Notes: generated from the sequence alone by a model not told the origin. A stretch of DNA of 64,000 nucleotides from an uncultured Candidatus Saccharibacteria bacterium (GCA_964599775.1 CAZRGZ010000004.1:7373-71372); one strand, 5' to 3'. Positions 17,550 through 29,400 are shown, numbered from the stretch's first letter. Program-made: numbers and translations.

Positions 17550-18653
17550 ATGGACCTTACGAATACCCTTTCCCAGCTTGTAGCTATTGCTTCGCCTTCG
17601 CGGCGAGAGGAGCATATTGTTGACTTTATTGAACAGTGGCTGAAAGCCAAGGGTAATGTATCATTACAGCGTGTAGGACGAAACCTACTGGTGTCTATAA
17701 CAGGTAGCGATAGTACAAAAGCCTTGATTTTTAATGGTCATATCGACACGGTGGAAGCAGGGGACGAAAAGCTTTGGCAGAGTGAACCATTGCGACTGCA
17801 TCATGAGCAAGGCAAGCTCTACGGCCTTGGTACGAGCGATATGAAAGGTGCGATTGCGGTGTTTTTGCATCTCATCGATGCGTATCATCAAACACCACCG
17901 CCATGTGATGTGTATTGTATGTTCGTGGCCGAAGAAGAAACGACCGGTGCTGGCACAAAGGAGCTCTTGGAATATATGTTGCCCACCCTAGAAAAGTACG
18001 ATCAAGTTGCCGGCATTATTGGTGAACCTTCTCAACTGCAGGTTGCGCTGGGGCATAGGGGGAACATTTTTGCAGAAGTCCACTTTACAGGGAAAGGTGG
18101 CCATAGTTCGCGGTTTATGCCTCATAACATGCAGGCTGCCCGAAAAGCGAATAAATTTATAGAATCTATAGACGACACGCTGGATCGGTGGACACACGAA
18201 TTTGCCGATGAGTATCTTGGCCCTCCAAGTGTTAACGTTACCAGTATTACTACCGGTAGCGACCATGCTATTAACCAAATACCAACGCATTGTTCGTTAA
18301 CCTTGGATATTCGTACAAATGCCGCTATTCATCCAAATATCATACCACTTATCGAGGCCTGGGTTCGCGACTACGATGGTGAGCTAAAAATATGTGCCAA
18401 CGCACCTGTTGGTTTTTGCCATCCTAGTGAAAAAATTGCCCATGTGGCCATGCAGCTTGCCAAGCAAAAAGATCCAGAAGTGCGCACAGGTTCCACTGAC
18501 CAATGTTTCTTTACCGAAGCGAGCATTCCAGCAATTATCTGTGGCCCAGGTGACCCAGCAAGCATCCACGCGCCAAACGAATACATTGAGGAAAGTCAGT
18601 TAATGTTTGCTCTGGAACGTTACAAGAGTATCGTGGAGAAGTGGGCAAGTTAG
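17550..18653 (+). CDS. M20 family metallopeptidase (ArgE/DapE-like deacylase)
   Basis: FNGHIDTVEAG, GLGTSDMKGAIAVFL, FVAEEETTGAG. Ends with TAG. Confidence 0.8.
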   Translation: MDLTNTLSQLVAIASPSRREEHIVDFIEQWLKAKGNVSLQRVGRNLLVSITGSDSTKALIFNGHIDTVEAGDEKLWQSEPLRLHHEQGKLYGLGTSDMKGAIAVFLHLIDAYHQTPPPCDVYCMFVAEEETTGAGTKELLEYMLPTLEKYDQVAGIIGEPSQLQVALGHRGNIFAEVHFTGKGGHSSRFMPHNMQAARKANKFIESIDDTLDRWTHEFADEYLGPPSVNVTSITTGSDHAINQIPTHCSLTLDIRTNAAIHPNIIPLIEAWVRDYDGELKICANAPVGFCHPSEKIAHVAMQLAKQKDPEVRTGSTDQCFFTEASIPAIICGPGDPASIHAPNEYIEESQLMFALERYKSIVEKWAS

Positions 18654-18658
18654 CTCAA

Positions 18659-19054
18659 CTACACGCCGCACTCCTTAATATACGCCTTAGCATTGGGCGA
18701 GAGATTGGCTTCTTGCGCTTTGAGTTCGTCAAGAGAGAAGTAGCCTAGCTTATCATGCAAGTGTGGCTCCTTGATGTGTGGCGTACCGGCCGCAATATGA
18801 GCCTCGAACCAAAGATAGTGTAGTGTGTTGCCATCTTCCTCGAACGTACAATTACCTACTTCTTGAACAATAGATACCTCAATCCCTAGCTCTTCTTTTA
18901 CTTCACGAACCGCTGTTTTAGTAGGTTCTTCACCTGCTTCAATTTTGCCACCAGGAATTTCCCACTGTGTCCGTTTTGCTGTATTACGGTGGATGAGCAA
19001 AATTTTACCTTGCTCATTTTTGATTATGCAACCGGCGAGCGCAATGTGTGCCAT
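18659..19054 (-). CDS. NUDIX hydrolase (MutT-like)
   Basis: Nudix box GGKIEAGEEPTKTAVREVKEELGIEV. Confidence 0.85.
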   Translation of the reverse strand: MAHIALAGCIIKNEQGKILLIHRNTAKRTQWEIPGGKIEAGEEPTKTAVREVKEELGIEVSIVQEVGNCTFEEDGNTLHYLWFEAHIAAGTPHIKEPHLHDKLGYFSLDELKAQEANLSPNAKAYIKECGV

Positions 19055-19140
19055 GTAGTCTCATTTCTATTAGTTTTTAAACTGTTTCTGCAACAAGAAT
19101 ACTTTTAGTATACAGGATATGAGTATGCTATAGTGGATTC

Positions 19141-19722
19141 ATGCGAAAGATTGTGCCTAAGGATGCACTTACTTTACCACCCGAGGCCAAGCGGGTATTT
19201 AAGGGGATTATCTTCGATGTCTATCACTGGCAGCAGCAGATGTACGATGGTACTTACGAAACGTTTGAGCGGCTAAAACGGCCAGATACAGTACAAATCA
19301 TAGCTGTTAAGGATGACAAAATAGTTCTCCAAAAGCAACAGCAAGCAGATTGGCCGGAGCCAAAATACAGTATTCCTGGTGGCCGCCGTGATGAGAATGA
19401 AGATGAACTCACCGCCGCGAAACGTGAGCTACTGGAAGAAACGGGGATGCGTTTTAAAACCTGGCGGCTTATTGTAGTGAAGCAGCCGCATAGTAAGATT
19501 GATTGGCTGGTGTATACTTTTTTAGCAACGGGTTTTGAGAGCCAAACCGAACCAACGCTTGATGCAGGCGAACGTATAATCACGGAGTTGGTCCCGTTTG
19601 CTAAAGCGAAAGACCTTTTGGCTTCAGATAAATCACGGTTTAATATAAAAGAGATTACCGAAGCCGGCTCGATAACAGAACTACTAGCTATGCCAGAATA
19701 CACAGGTGCAAATGAACACTAA
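19141..19722 (+). CDS. NUDIX hydrolase
   Basis: Nudix box PGGRRDENEDELTAAKRELLEETGM. Confidence 0.8.
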   Translation: MRKIVPKDALTLPPEAKRVFKGIIFDVYHWQQQMYDGTYETFERLKRPDTVQIIAVKDDKIVLQKQQQADWPEPKYSIPGGRRDENEDELTAAKRELLEETGMRFKTWRLIVVKQPHSKIDWLVYTFLATGFESQTEPTLDAGERIITELVPFAKAKDLLASDKSRFNIKEITEAGSITELLAMPEYTGANEH

Positions 19723-21514
19723 AAAACGCGACAAGTTTCTTTCACGGCGCATTCATAAGTTATTTTGGACGGCGCAATTTCAGGATAAGCCAACACTCGT
19801 TATTAGTTACCTATGTAGGATCCCTGCGGTAGCGGCTTATAACATTTTTATTCCCTTGGTGACTGCCCAGGCTGTACAAGCAATTATTGAACGCAACACG
19901 GAACAGCTATATAACAGCGTATAGTGGATTATTGGTTTAGCTGTGCTCTACTGCGTACTTTGGACGATTGCTGGTGTGGCTATATCGCGCAATGGGGTGC
20001 GTGGTTACAAGTTTGTTTAGCATGCGGTATTTGAGAAATTTATTCACAAAGACTACAACTTTTTTACCGATTCCTTTTTCGGTTCGCTCGGGGCTCAAGC
20101 AACACGCTTAGCAGATGCTTTTCCGAATTATGGCGAGATGACAACACTGGCTATCCCCAAGCAGATTGTGATTGTGGTAGCGGGAATTGCAGTGATTGCG
20201 TGGCAGTCGCCACTGCTGGCAGCTATTGCGCTATTGGCGATGGTACTTGTGCTCAGTGTGACACTTCTCAGTACATCGTGGCGGTTGAAATATCGCCGTC
20301 GAACGGCCATGGCGCGTAGCGAGGTGGCGGCGCACATTGGCGATGCGCTTTCGCATGGTATTGAAGTAAAAAGCTTTGCTATGGAGGGGTATGAACAAAA
20401 GCGGTTGAACGAACCACTTGCCAAATGGGGGAAAGCACAATTTACTTCTTGGGTGGCCGCTGCACCAGCCGACAACGCCCGAATGATTATGGCGGCAATT
20501 GCCACGGTAGTGCTGCTTATTTTCTCGGCCCAGCTTTATATGCAAGGAGCAATTGATATTGCTATAGTGGTGTTAATTCAGTTGTATGTTATTCGGCTCG
20601 TCGCAAGCACGCTCGAGATTAGCGAACTGGTAAAACGCTATGAAGAGGTCATGGCCGCTGCTTATGAGCCAATGAAAACCATGCTCATCCCCCAACACAT
20701 TCATGATCCCGAGAAGCCGCAGCGTTTGAAGCGGGCCAAGACGCATACACTAAGTCTTACTGATGTGTCTTTTGAGTATCCAGATGCTAAGGCTGGTCGC
20801 CAGGCAGTTTGTGATATCACCCTAAAAATCCAGCCAGGCGAGAAGATTGGCGTGGTGGGATATTCAGGCAGTGGAAAGACCACACTGACTAAACTATTGC
20901 TGCGTTATATGGATGTAACTGATGGCAGCATTGCCATTGACGATATTGATATTCGCCAGTTAAAGCAAGCCGATTTGCGGCGTACAATTTCATATGTGCC
21001 ACAAGAGCCATTACTTTTCCATCGTTCTATTGCCGAAAATATTATGTATGGCAACCCCAAAGCTTCGCAAAAAGCGATGCTCAGTGTCGCGCAACAAGCT
21101 TATGTTGATGAGTTTGTCAAAGATATGCCGCAGGGTTACGACACGCTGGTAGGTGAGCGGGGTGTGAAGCTTTCTGGCGGTCAGCGTCAGCGCGTAGCCA
21201 TCGCGCGGGCTTTGCTGAAGGATAGCCCTATTCTCGTACTCGACGAAGCTACTTCTGCACTCGATAGTCAAAGCGAACAGTATATCCAGCAAGCTCTATG
21301 GAAACTTATGAAAGGTCGCACGGCATTAGTGATTGCCCACCGCCTCAGTACTATCCAGCGTATGGACAAAATTGTCGTTATGGATAAAGGAACTATTGTG
21401 CAAGTGGGCACTCATGAAGAGCTGAAAAAACAAAAAGGTATTTACGCTGATCTTTGGAGCCATCAATCGGGTGGGTATATTGGGATTCCGCAGCAAGAAG
21501 ATACAGAGAAATAA
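19706..21514 (+). pseudogene. ABC exporter (fused TMD-NBD, MsbA-like) interrupted by two in-frame TAG codons
   Basis: ORFs 19706..19924 and 20138..21514 are in the same frame. Reading through TAG at 19922-19924 and 20018-20020 gives an uninterrupted exporter of about 603 codons. The NBD is intact (GYSGSGKTT, LSGGQRQRVAIARAL, LVLDEATSALD). Confidence 0.75.
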
Positions 21515-22231
21515 TTACTTCTCAAATGCCACAGCAATTTTCACTTTTTGCTGCTGCAAATAGTCAAGCAAGGCATAAAGTAAAAGCGCCGTACCAATCA
21601 GTTCCGAACCTTCCTCAACTGCATGTGAAATACTGGCGGCAAAAGTATTGCTAACATGATCAAACCCAAAAGTAGTAAAGTGAAGCGACTCCCAAAACGC
21701 CGCACCAAAAATAAAAATACCAGCGCTGACGCCAAGTAGCGCTTTAGTGCGAATGGGCAGTTTCCAAATAAACGGAAGATATAATATAGCGATAATACTC
21801 ACACCAAGCAGTGCAACCAACACCCAATCACGAAGAGTCACGAAGCCAAGATGCATGCCACTCCCGAACACCTGACCAATATGCACGCCCAATGTTTCGT
21901 GTATACTGGCACCCTCATCGAGCGAAAGGAAGAGAATAATACCAGCAATGCCTATCCAGTGCCAGCGTATGTTACGCTCGCCTTTAAAAGTGTAGGCAAT
22001 AAGACCTGCCACTGTAGCACTGGCTAGTAGCAGCGATTGGGAAAACCAGGTGGGAATGCTCGCTTCGTTATCCATATCTAGAAAAGTCGCCAGTGGAAAA
22101 GGCGGGGTATCGGTGTGCGTAAAAAGCCAAGCTTGGCTTGCAATATGCGCAATAAGCAGGAGGATAATAATACCAAGAGCCAGTAAAAAGACTCTCATTG
22201 CCGGAATTTTCATAACCGGTATAGTATACAC
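21515..22231 (-). CDS. Polytopic membrane protein, unknown function
   Basis: About 6-7 hydrophobic helices with no recognised motif. The start is uncertain (MKIPAM or MRVFLL are alternatives). Confidence 0.5.
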   Translation of the reverse strand: MYTIPVMKIPAMRVFLLALGIIILLLIAHIASQAWLFTHTDTPPFPLATFLDMDNEASIPTWFSQSLLLASATVAGLIAYTFKGERNIRWHWIGIAGIILFLSLDEGASIHETLGVHIGQVFGSGMHLGFVTLRDWVLVALLGVSIIAILYLPFIWKLPIRTKALLGVSAGIFIFGAAFWESLHFTTFGFDHVSNTFAASISHAVEEGSELIGTALLLYALLDYLQQQKVKIAVAFEK

Positions 22232-22266
22232 TTTTTTAATAGGCTTGTATAGCTATGAAGTGAAAG

Positions 22267-22293
22267 GCGGACACTTCTTCGTGAAGTGTCCGC
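22267..22293 (-). terminator. Hairpin after high-GC islet A
   Basis: GCGGACACTTC-TTCGT-GAAGTGTCCGC, 11-bp perfect stem. Confidence 0.7.
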
Positions 22294-22332
22294 GGGTATC
22301 ACCACCTTTATGTGTGAGGGTGTTCTCTTGGA

Positions 22333-22767
22333 CTACGTAGCGCAGTAGTTCAGCCGGGGGTCGCTGTGGACCAGCCGAGAGAGGTCGTCCGGAGTGGGCC
22401 ATCTCAGCACAGGTTCGAAGTCGAACTCCTCACCGTTTGCGTCGATGCCTTCGTCGAGAACGAAGAGTTCAACGTCGCGCGTCCCAAGGCGCACGGTGCT
22501 GTCCTCGCCCTTCTTGCGTTCGAGCTCGAGCTGGCAGCCGGCCACGACCACCTGTGCTTCCAGCACAGATTCCGTCTTGGTTCTGCCGCGACTGCTGGTC
22601 GTCTCGTCGTCCCAGCCGACCTTCTTGAGGTCGTAGTTGAGGGCGTGGACGAGATCATCCCTAAAATCGTGCCGCTGGTTCTCGCGCTGCTGTGTGTTCC
22701 AGTAGAACACCGCGGCGGTCGCCAGGATAGCTGCAGAGATCACTGCAATAATACCGAGAAGTCTCAT
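22333..22767 (-). CDS. High-GC islet A: membrane-anchored protein of unknown function
   Basis: MRLLGIIAVISAAILATAAVFYW anchor followed by G/C-ending codons. All six frames are open (stacked antisense track ORFs). AGGAAG SD 6 nt upstream, and an AT-rich TTGAAA-17-TTTAAT promoter-like sequence lies further upstream. Confidence 0.65.
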   Translation of the reverse strand: MRLLGIIAVISAAILATAAVFYWNTQQRENQRHDFRDDLVHALNYDLKKVGWDDETTSSRGRTKTESVLEAQVVVAGCQLELERKKGEDSTVRLGTRDVELFVLDEGIDANGEEFDFEPVLRWPTPDDLSRLVHSDPRLNYCAT

Positions 22768-22862
22768 CTGGTCTTCCTGGGTTGGTGGTTGAACTACCAT
22801 ATTAAACCATACCCTGTGTAAATTTTCAAGAATGAAAACCCCCGCTGGCTGCGGGGCAGGCT

Positions 22863-23288
22863 TCATGTGGCTTCACCTCTCTTCTTAGTAAAGACATACT
22901 TCGAATTGCTCTTGAAGTTGAAAATGCCGAGTAAAGAGATGGTGGTGAGGTATACTGCCATGTAATGCCAGTTCAATAGGCCGACGAACACAGCAAAGCT
23001 CAGCATATTGAGGCTCGAACTCACCAACTTTGTCAGGTGGAAGCGGTACCACTGCTGCCTCCATGAACCACTTCTTTGCTTGCGCCAGGTGATATTGCGG
23101 TGTAGACAGAAGTGAATTTGTGCTCCTATTATCATCCTTACCATATTGGCGATTATAGGTACGAGCTGGCAGACGCTGACCAGTATCAGAAGTAGTAGGC
23201 TATTGATAAGGGTCATGGTGCAACCAACAAGTACAAACAGCAGCTGCTTCTTTGTCGGGTGGGCAAATCGCATGTCAAGCCTCTCCAC
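22863..23288 (-). CDS. GtrA-family membrane protein
   Basis: Four helices and the FVLVGC..LIN...HRNITW pattern typical of GtrA-like proteins. Confidence 0.6.
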   Translation of the reverse strand: MERLDMRFAHPTKKQLLFVLVGCTMTLINSLLLLILVSVCQLVPIIANMVRMIIGAQIHFCLHRNITWRKQRSGSWRQQWYRFHLTKLVSSSLNMLSFAVFVGLLNWHYMAVYLTTISLLGIFNFKSNSKYVFTKKRGEAT

Positions 23289-23405
23289 TTGTGAAGCTTC
23301 TGATAAATTTTAAAATAAAACTTTATATTCGTCAACTGATTGTTAATTCTCAAAATGCAGTGCTATACTAAGAATACTCAGTAGTTAAAAAAAGCGGAGG
23401 TAGCC

Positions 23406-23624
23406 ATGGGTGCTATGGAAAACATTAACTACGATCTTGTAAAATTGTTGCAAAACAAGTTGCATATCGTGTGGGAGCTTGAAAACAGCTATATTAACGA
23501 TGCCGAGGAGGCAAAGTGCCACAGCGTGCCAGCCCTCAAAGAGATATTAGAGGACGAGAGACGTCACGTAAAAATGCTCGCCGAAGAAATTCGCTTGCGT
23601 GCCGAAGCAGGTAAATTTGAATAA
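23406..23624 (+). CDS. Small helical protein, unknown function
   Basis: 72-aa ORF with a GGAGG SD and no recognised family. Confidence 0.45.
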   Translation: MGAMENINYDLVKLLQNKLHIVWELENSYINDAEEAKCHSVPALKEILEDERRHVKMLAEEIRLRAEAGKFE

Positions 23625-23719
23625 ATAGATCATGCCTAGTTGTAGTTGTAGGCTTTCTGTGTTAAAAATAATGTACCTTGTAACGAACAACATATAAAAT
23701 GTGTAAATAACGAGGTACT

Positions 23720-24769
23720 ATGATTGAAACAGAGCTTTTAGATATTGCAGAATCTCCGGGGAAGTTTGACTACCCATTGGCAGAGCTGCATGCGCACCTT
23801 TCGACGGCAATTCACCCGTCGGTGTATTGGCGTATGGCGCAAGCCCAAGGGTTTAAGCTGCCAAAAAATAACTATCGTGATTTTTACGATTATGTTTCAT
23901 TGTCAGTGGATAAAACCACCACCATGAAGGATTATTTCGACAATATTTACCATAAGCTCCTCAACCCTTTAAGCTCTGGTACTTTTGCAGTCGAACAGGC
24001 AACGTATGAAATTATGAGCGAGTCCTATCGGGTAAATAACGTAACGGTTATTGAACTTCGCACCAACCCAATGAAACACAACAACAACGATAAAATCGAC
24101 CTCGACCACATGATTATGGCTATGCTGCGCGGCATGGAACGTGCGTTGTTAGAATACCCCGAGCTTTCCGCGGGGCTTATTTTTTGTTTGGACCGCCAGT
24201 TTAGTTACAAAATGAATGAAATCATTGTAAAAAAGGCAATAAAATACAGCCGACGTGGTGTGGTAGGCATAGATGTGGCCAATTACGACACCGGTATGTT
24301 TGATTTTGCGCAGTGCGAAGGTTTATTCCAACGTGCACGCGATGCTGGCCTCAAAATTACGATTCACTCTGGCGAAACGGCCGATACCAATGATATGTGG
24401 GATGTAGTAAAGCATGTTCGCCCGGAGCGAATTGGCCACGGTATTAAAGCCGCCTACGACGAACCTTTAATGCAAGAGCTTGCCCAGCAGGGAATTGTAC
24501 TTGAAGTATGCCCGATTTCAAATATCGCGAATAGTAATGTGAGTGGGGTAGATGAGCTACGTCATATTTTTCGCGAATTCATCAACCATAATGTAAAGTT
24601 TTGTATAAATTCCGACTGGCCTGCCATGATAAAAGAGGCTAATTTGCGCCGCCAGCTGGAATTTCTCCGAATACATGAACTCCTGAGCGAAGATGAAATC
24701 CAGCAGTGTAATAAAATCGCCTTTGAAAGTACTTTTATACAAGGTAAAGGCATACAGCCCTACCTATAA
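23720..24769 (+). CDS. add: Adenosine/adenine deaminase family protein
   Basis: AELHAHLSTAI, ITIHSGE, RIGHGI, LEVCPISN, INSDWP metal-dependent deaminase motifs. Confidence 0.8.
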   Translation: MIETELLDIAESPGKFDYPLAELHAHLSTAIHPSVYWRMAQAQGFKLPKNNYRDFYDYVSLSVDKTTTMKDYFDNIYHKLLNPLSSGTFAVEQATYEIMSESYRVNNVTVIELRTNPMKHNNNDKIDLDHMIMAMLRGMERALLEYPELSAGLIFCLDRQFSYKMNEIIVKKAIKYSRRGVVGIDVANYDTGMFDFAQCEGLFQRARDAGLKITIHSGETADTNDMWDVVKHVRPERIGHGIKAAYDEPLMQELAQQGIVLEVCPISNIANSNVSGVDELRHIFREFINHNVKFCINSDWPAMIKEANLRRQLEFLRIHELLSEDEIQQCNKIAFESTFIQGKGIQPYL

Positions 24770-24784
24770 ATTAGGTCTATCCGA

Positions 24785-26356
24785 ATGGAAAAGTCTGCAT
24801 GGTACGAAACAGCGGTCTTCTACGAAATATTTGTGCGGAGCTTTTATGATAGTAATGGCGACGGCTGGGGTGATTTAGCTGGCGTCACGGCCAAGCTTGA
24901 TTACTTGCAGTGGTTGGGTGTGGACTGTATTTGGCTGCTGCCTTTTTTCGACTCACCACTGAGAGATGGCGGGTACGATGTGCGGGATTTTTACAAAATT
25001 CACCCGAAGTACGGTACGCTGGAGGATTTTAAAACGCTGATTCGCGAAGCACATGCTCGCGATATAAAGGTAATTGGCGATCTGGTACTGAACCATACGT
25101 CAGATGAGAATGTATGGTTTCAGGAAGCTCGTGATCCAAGCTCACCCAAACACGATTGGTACGTGTGGTCGGAAACGACAGATAAGTATACCAGGGCAAG
25201 GGTCATATTCACCGACTATGAAGATTCGAATTGGCAATGGGATGAAAAGGCGGGGAAATATTACTGGCATCGCTTCTTCCGTTTTCAGCCTGATCTGAAT
25301 TATGACAACCCGGAAGTCCAGCAAGAGATGATCAACGTTGCGAAGTATTGGCTGGAGCTTGGGCTGGACGGCTTTCGGCTCGACGCTGTGCCGCATCTTT
25401 ATGAACGCGAGGGGACAGACTGTGAAAACTTGCCGGAAACGCACGCATTTTTACGTAAGCTTCGGGCGGAGGTAAATAAAGTAAAACCAGGCGCAGTACT
25501 GCTCGCTGAAACAAACCAAACGCCCAAAAAGTTATTGCCGTATTTCAATACCGGCGATGAATGCAATATGGCCTTTAATTTCCCAGTGATGGTAGATATT
25601 TTTAATGCACTACGGAAAGCTGACGGTACGGACCTATTGAAGGCGGTCGCACAAACCCCGAAGTTGCCAAATGGCTGCCAGTGGGGACTCTTTTTACGGA
25701 GTCACGATGAACTATCGCCAAAACGCCATTTGCCAGATGGCGAGCATGACGCCTTTTTAGATTATTATGCCAGCGAGCCAGGTGCACGGTTTAAATCTGG
25801 CTTGCGGAGGCGACTGGCGCCTATGTTTGATTTTTCGCTAGAGAAACTTAAGCTTGCCTATACACTGCTACTTACGCTTCCGGGTACTCCTGTGCTATAT
25901 TACGGCGATGAATTAGGCATGGGCGACGACCTAACCCTTGAAGATCGTGACCCAGTGCGAACGCCAATGCCGTGGAGCGATGACAAGAACGCTGGATTCT
26001 CAAAAGCAGCACAATTGCCGCTACCTGTCGTTACTCATAGCGCCGGCGGCTACAAGACGGTTAATGTTGCTGCGTCTCAGCAAGACGAAGACTCGCTATT
26101 AGTATGGATGCGCAATATGCTACAACTTCGTAAGCAGCACGGTGCCCTACGGAGTGGAGGGTATAGAATAGTAAAAACACAATCACCGCATCTGGCAGTA
26201 TTTGAAAGGTATTCTGTTAAGGATTGCCTGCGTGTTATCTTAAATCTTGGTTCGGCTGAGTGTGATGTCAGTGAACATATGCTTGAGAGTATTGTTGTGT
26301 CATCAGGTCTTCAGGGTAATACTCTGAGCGGCAGCGGTTTTATCATCATGAAATAA
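24785..26356 (+). CDS. treS: GH13 alpha-amylase family enzyme, trehalose synthase-like
   Basis: WYETAVFYEIFVRSFYDSNGDGWGDLAG...LPFFDSPLRDGGYDVRDF, GFRLDAVPHL, LLAETN, FLRSHDEL. Confidence 0.75.
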   Translation: MEKSAWYETAVFYEIFVRSFYDSNGDGWGDLAGVTAKLDYLQWLGVDCIWLLPFFDSPLRDGGYDVRDFYKIHPKYGTLEDFKTLIREAHARDIKVIGDLVLNHTSDENVWFQEARDPSSPKHDWYVWSETTDKYTRARVIFTDYEDSNWQWDEKAGKYYWHRFFRFQPDLNYDNPEVQQEMINVAKYWLELGLDGFRLDAVPHLYEREGTDCENLPETHAFLRKLRAEVNKVKPGAVLLAETNQTPKKLLPYFNTGDECNMAFNFPVMVDIFNALRKADGTDLLKAVAQTPKLPNGCQWGLFLRSHDELSPKRHLPDGEHDAFLDYYASEPGARFKSGLRRRLAPMFDFSLEKLKLAYTLLLTLPGTPVLYYGDELGMGDDLTLEDRDPVRTPMPWSDDKNAGFSKAAQLPLPVVTHSAGGYKTVNVAASQQDEDSLLVWMRNMLQLRKQHGALRSGGYRIVKTQSPHLAVFERYSVKDCLRVILNLGSAECDVSEHMLESIVVSSGLQGNTLSGSGFIIMK

Positions 26357-26439
26357 TTGTTAATTTCAAGGCTTGCCCAGTATTGTAAAATACGTTACAA
26401 TTTTAACATAAGCAAAAAATACAATGCTGTGAGGGTAAA

Positions 26440-29400
26440 ATGGCTGGCGCTGCAAAAAGATCTTGTGAATTCTTAATAGCATTATTTAGTAGGCAGCGTA
26501 ATTCGATAGTATGGTGGCTTTCGGCAATCTCTATTGGGGCGATATTATCGATGAGCCTAGCGACAAATGTCCGCGCAGCAGACATGCCAGAAATCTCGAA
26601 GGAATTTGTGCCTGGTCAGGTATTTGAGCATGGCTATACGACAGTCGTGTTTACCATCACAAATGATGACACGCTCACCTCATGGAACTGGTCATTTACC
26701 GATAACCTGCCAAGCGGCGTTACGGTAGCCGACCCAGCAGCAGCGACAATCGATTGTACGAACGGCGATATTACGGCTGCTCCGGGCAGTGGTACCATTC
26801 AGGTGAGTGGCGATATGGAGGTAGGTCAGGCAGATTGTACCGCAAGCGTACGCGTCACCTCTGCAAGCGCTGGTGCGTATGAAAACTGTGAGGCTAACTT
26901 TACTGATCTCGTCAATATTTATGCGCCAGCAGATTGTGCAGAGCTCACCTGTGAAGCGTACGATGGCGACTTGCCAGACTTTTTTATAAACTGTGAATCT
27001 GCCGAAGCGCCAGAAGAATTTGATTTTTCTATTCAGGAGTCATGGTCAACTGATGCTATAACTCAAGCCTACCAAACACCGATGGTAGGTGATTTGTATG
27101 GCACGGGCGAGCCAGTAGCGGTTGTAGCGGGTAACAGAAACTCTTCTGGTAACGGTGGGGGCATCAGTGTATTTAATCGACGTGCCCAAGATCTGCATAT
27201 TATTCGCACAAGCGACGGTACCTTGCTTCAGACCATTGAAACGCCATTCTTTGCATGGTCTGGCCACGCAGTTATGGCAATAGCTGACTTAGATAATGAT
27301 GGTCAGGGTGAAATCGTCCTAAAAACCTGGCGAGGCGACGCTAACGACCCGGGTGTGCTTATAGCCTATCGTAACGACGGAACAGTAATGTGGACCTCTA
27401 ACGAGCGTTACGATTATGGCGACTCATCTGGCCGTGGTGGGGCAAGCATGGGTATAGCTGATTTTAACGGTGACGGCAACCCGGAGGTATACGTAGGCAA
27501 CCAAATATTCAATGGACAAACAGGTACTCGTTTAGTCGCAGCAGATACGAATGCGAGTGCAGGGTGTCCGTACCGTGCAACTTATGGTTGTTTCTGGAGC
27601 CAGGCGACAGCAGCTGATATGAATAACGATGGCCAGCTAGAGATTGTGGCTGGCGATACTATCTATGAAGTAAACCTCACTAACCTGACGGGCGAAGCGG
27701 GGAACAGTCTCACGGTACTGCAGCAAGCGGATGCTGGCGTTGATGGCGTAGGTGATGGCTATACGGCTGTTGCTGACATGAACCTTGACGGTTTCCCTGA
27801 TGTTATCGTCTCGCGAACTATCAACGCTCAAGGTTCCGCAACACGTCTTTATGTATGGGATGGACAGACTGGTGAAGTAATGGGTGTCTTATCTGGTATT
27901 GGCAATGGTACTGGTGCGCCAATGATTGGTGATATCGATAACGATGGTGCGCCAGAGATTGTCATTCAGAACGGTAATTTGCGTGCGTTTGATTTCGATT
28001 CAGTGACTGGTTTATCCCAGAAGTGGAGTATTAATACGAACGATGGCTCTGCGCAAACTTCTTTAGCAATGTTTGATTTCAATAACGACGGTAGGCAAGA
28101 GCTCGTGTATCGTGATGAAACCGACCTTCGTATTATTGACGGCAGCGGTGCCACAGCGACAAACTTGGCTACTTTCCCATGTATATCAAGCACGGGTAAC
28201 GAGATGCCGGTAATAGCCGACGTTGACGGCTCCCGCGAAGCGCGAATATTAGTATCATGTGGGGTAGGAAATGGACACAATAATGCTGCACTACGAGCTT
28301 TTGAAGCTGCCGGTGACCCATGGGCAAATACTCGCCCGGTTTGGAACCAGCAAGCGTACTTTGCGGCTCATGTTAACAATGACCTGACTATTCCGAGCGA
28401 GCAAGCACCACACTGGCAAGCCTTTGAAGATCCGCTCCAACAGTGTAGTGATGGCGTGAACCGCCCAATGAACTCATTCCAACAGCAAATGACCGATCTT
28501 GATCCAGATACTGGTTGTGAGGTTCGTTGTGTGCCACCGCTTGACTATGGCGATGCACCAGCAAGCTATGGAACGCTCCGCGAGAATGATGGTGCTCGCC
28601 ATCTTTCACCTTCATATGACCAAGGCTCTAATACGGCCTCGCTCATGCTTGGACAGTTGGTAGACACAGAGCGTGAAGGTTTCCCCGGCGCAGCGGCAGA
28701 TGGTGACGATACTGATAACATCAACGACGAAGACGGCGTCGCTGACCCAATCTATTTTGTCGCTGGCAGCCCCACTGCAGTTGAGGTATTTGTGACAAAC
28801 AATACCTCGCAGCCAGCCACGCTTGCTGGGTGGCTCGATAGCAACGTCAATGGTACCTTTGAGGCAGGCGAACGCGCACCGCTCGTCACCGTACCGGCAA
28901 ATACTTCAGATATCTACACCGTTACCTTCCCTGCTGGCACAGCAACAACAGACACCTTTGCTCGCTTCCGCGTCTTTGCTGGTGAAGTTGCGAACCCGCA
29001 GCCGACTGGCTTTGTTACGGGTGGTGAGGTGGAGGACTACCAAGCGCTGGCTGGGAGCGTTGAGTTCCGCAAGACAGTGAGCCCGCAAGATGTCACCGAA
29101 CTTGTCCCAGGCGAGACCTTTACTTACACGATTACGGTAGAGAATACCGGCAGCGCGCCACTGACTGGCCTCTCATTTACTGATGATCTCTCTGAAGTGA
29201 TCGATGACGCGACCTACCAGAATGACGTGACCGCTACTATTGGCACGGCAGTCTTTAACTCGCCAGATGAAATCAGCTGGTCGGGTGATCTCACGCCAGG
29301 GCAAACAGCGACCATAACCTATTCAGTCGAAGTGAACAGCCCGCTCTCCGGCGATGGCGTCATGATAAACGGCGTAGTTGGTAATGGTCCAGGCTCTAAC

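Noticed and set aside
19922-20020. TAG reassignment or an alternative genetic code as an explanation for the in-frame ambers, and for the in-frame TAA at 30616.
   Set aside because: TAG clearly terminates several well-defined genes in the window (for example pilin 9585, GNAT 17544, M20 peptidase 18653), and TAA and TGA are also used as stops. No tRNA with a CUA anticodon was seen among the six tRNAs here.
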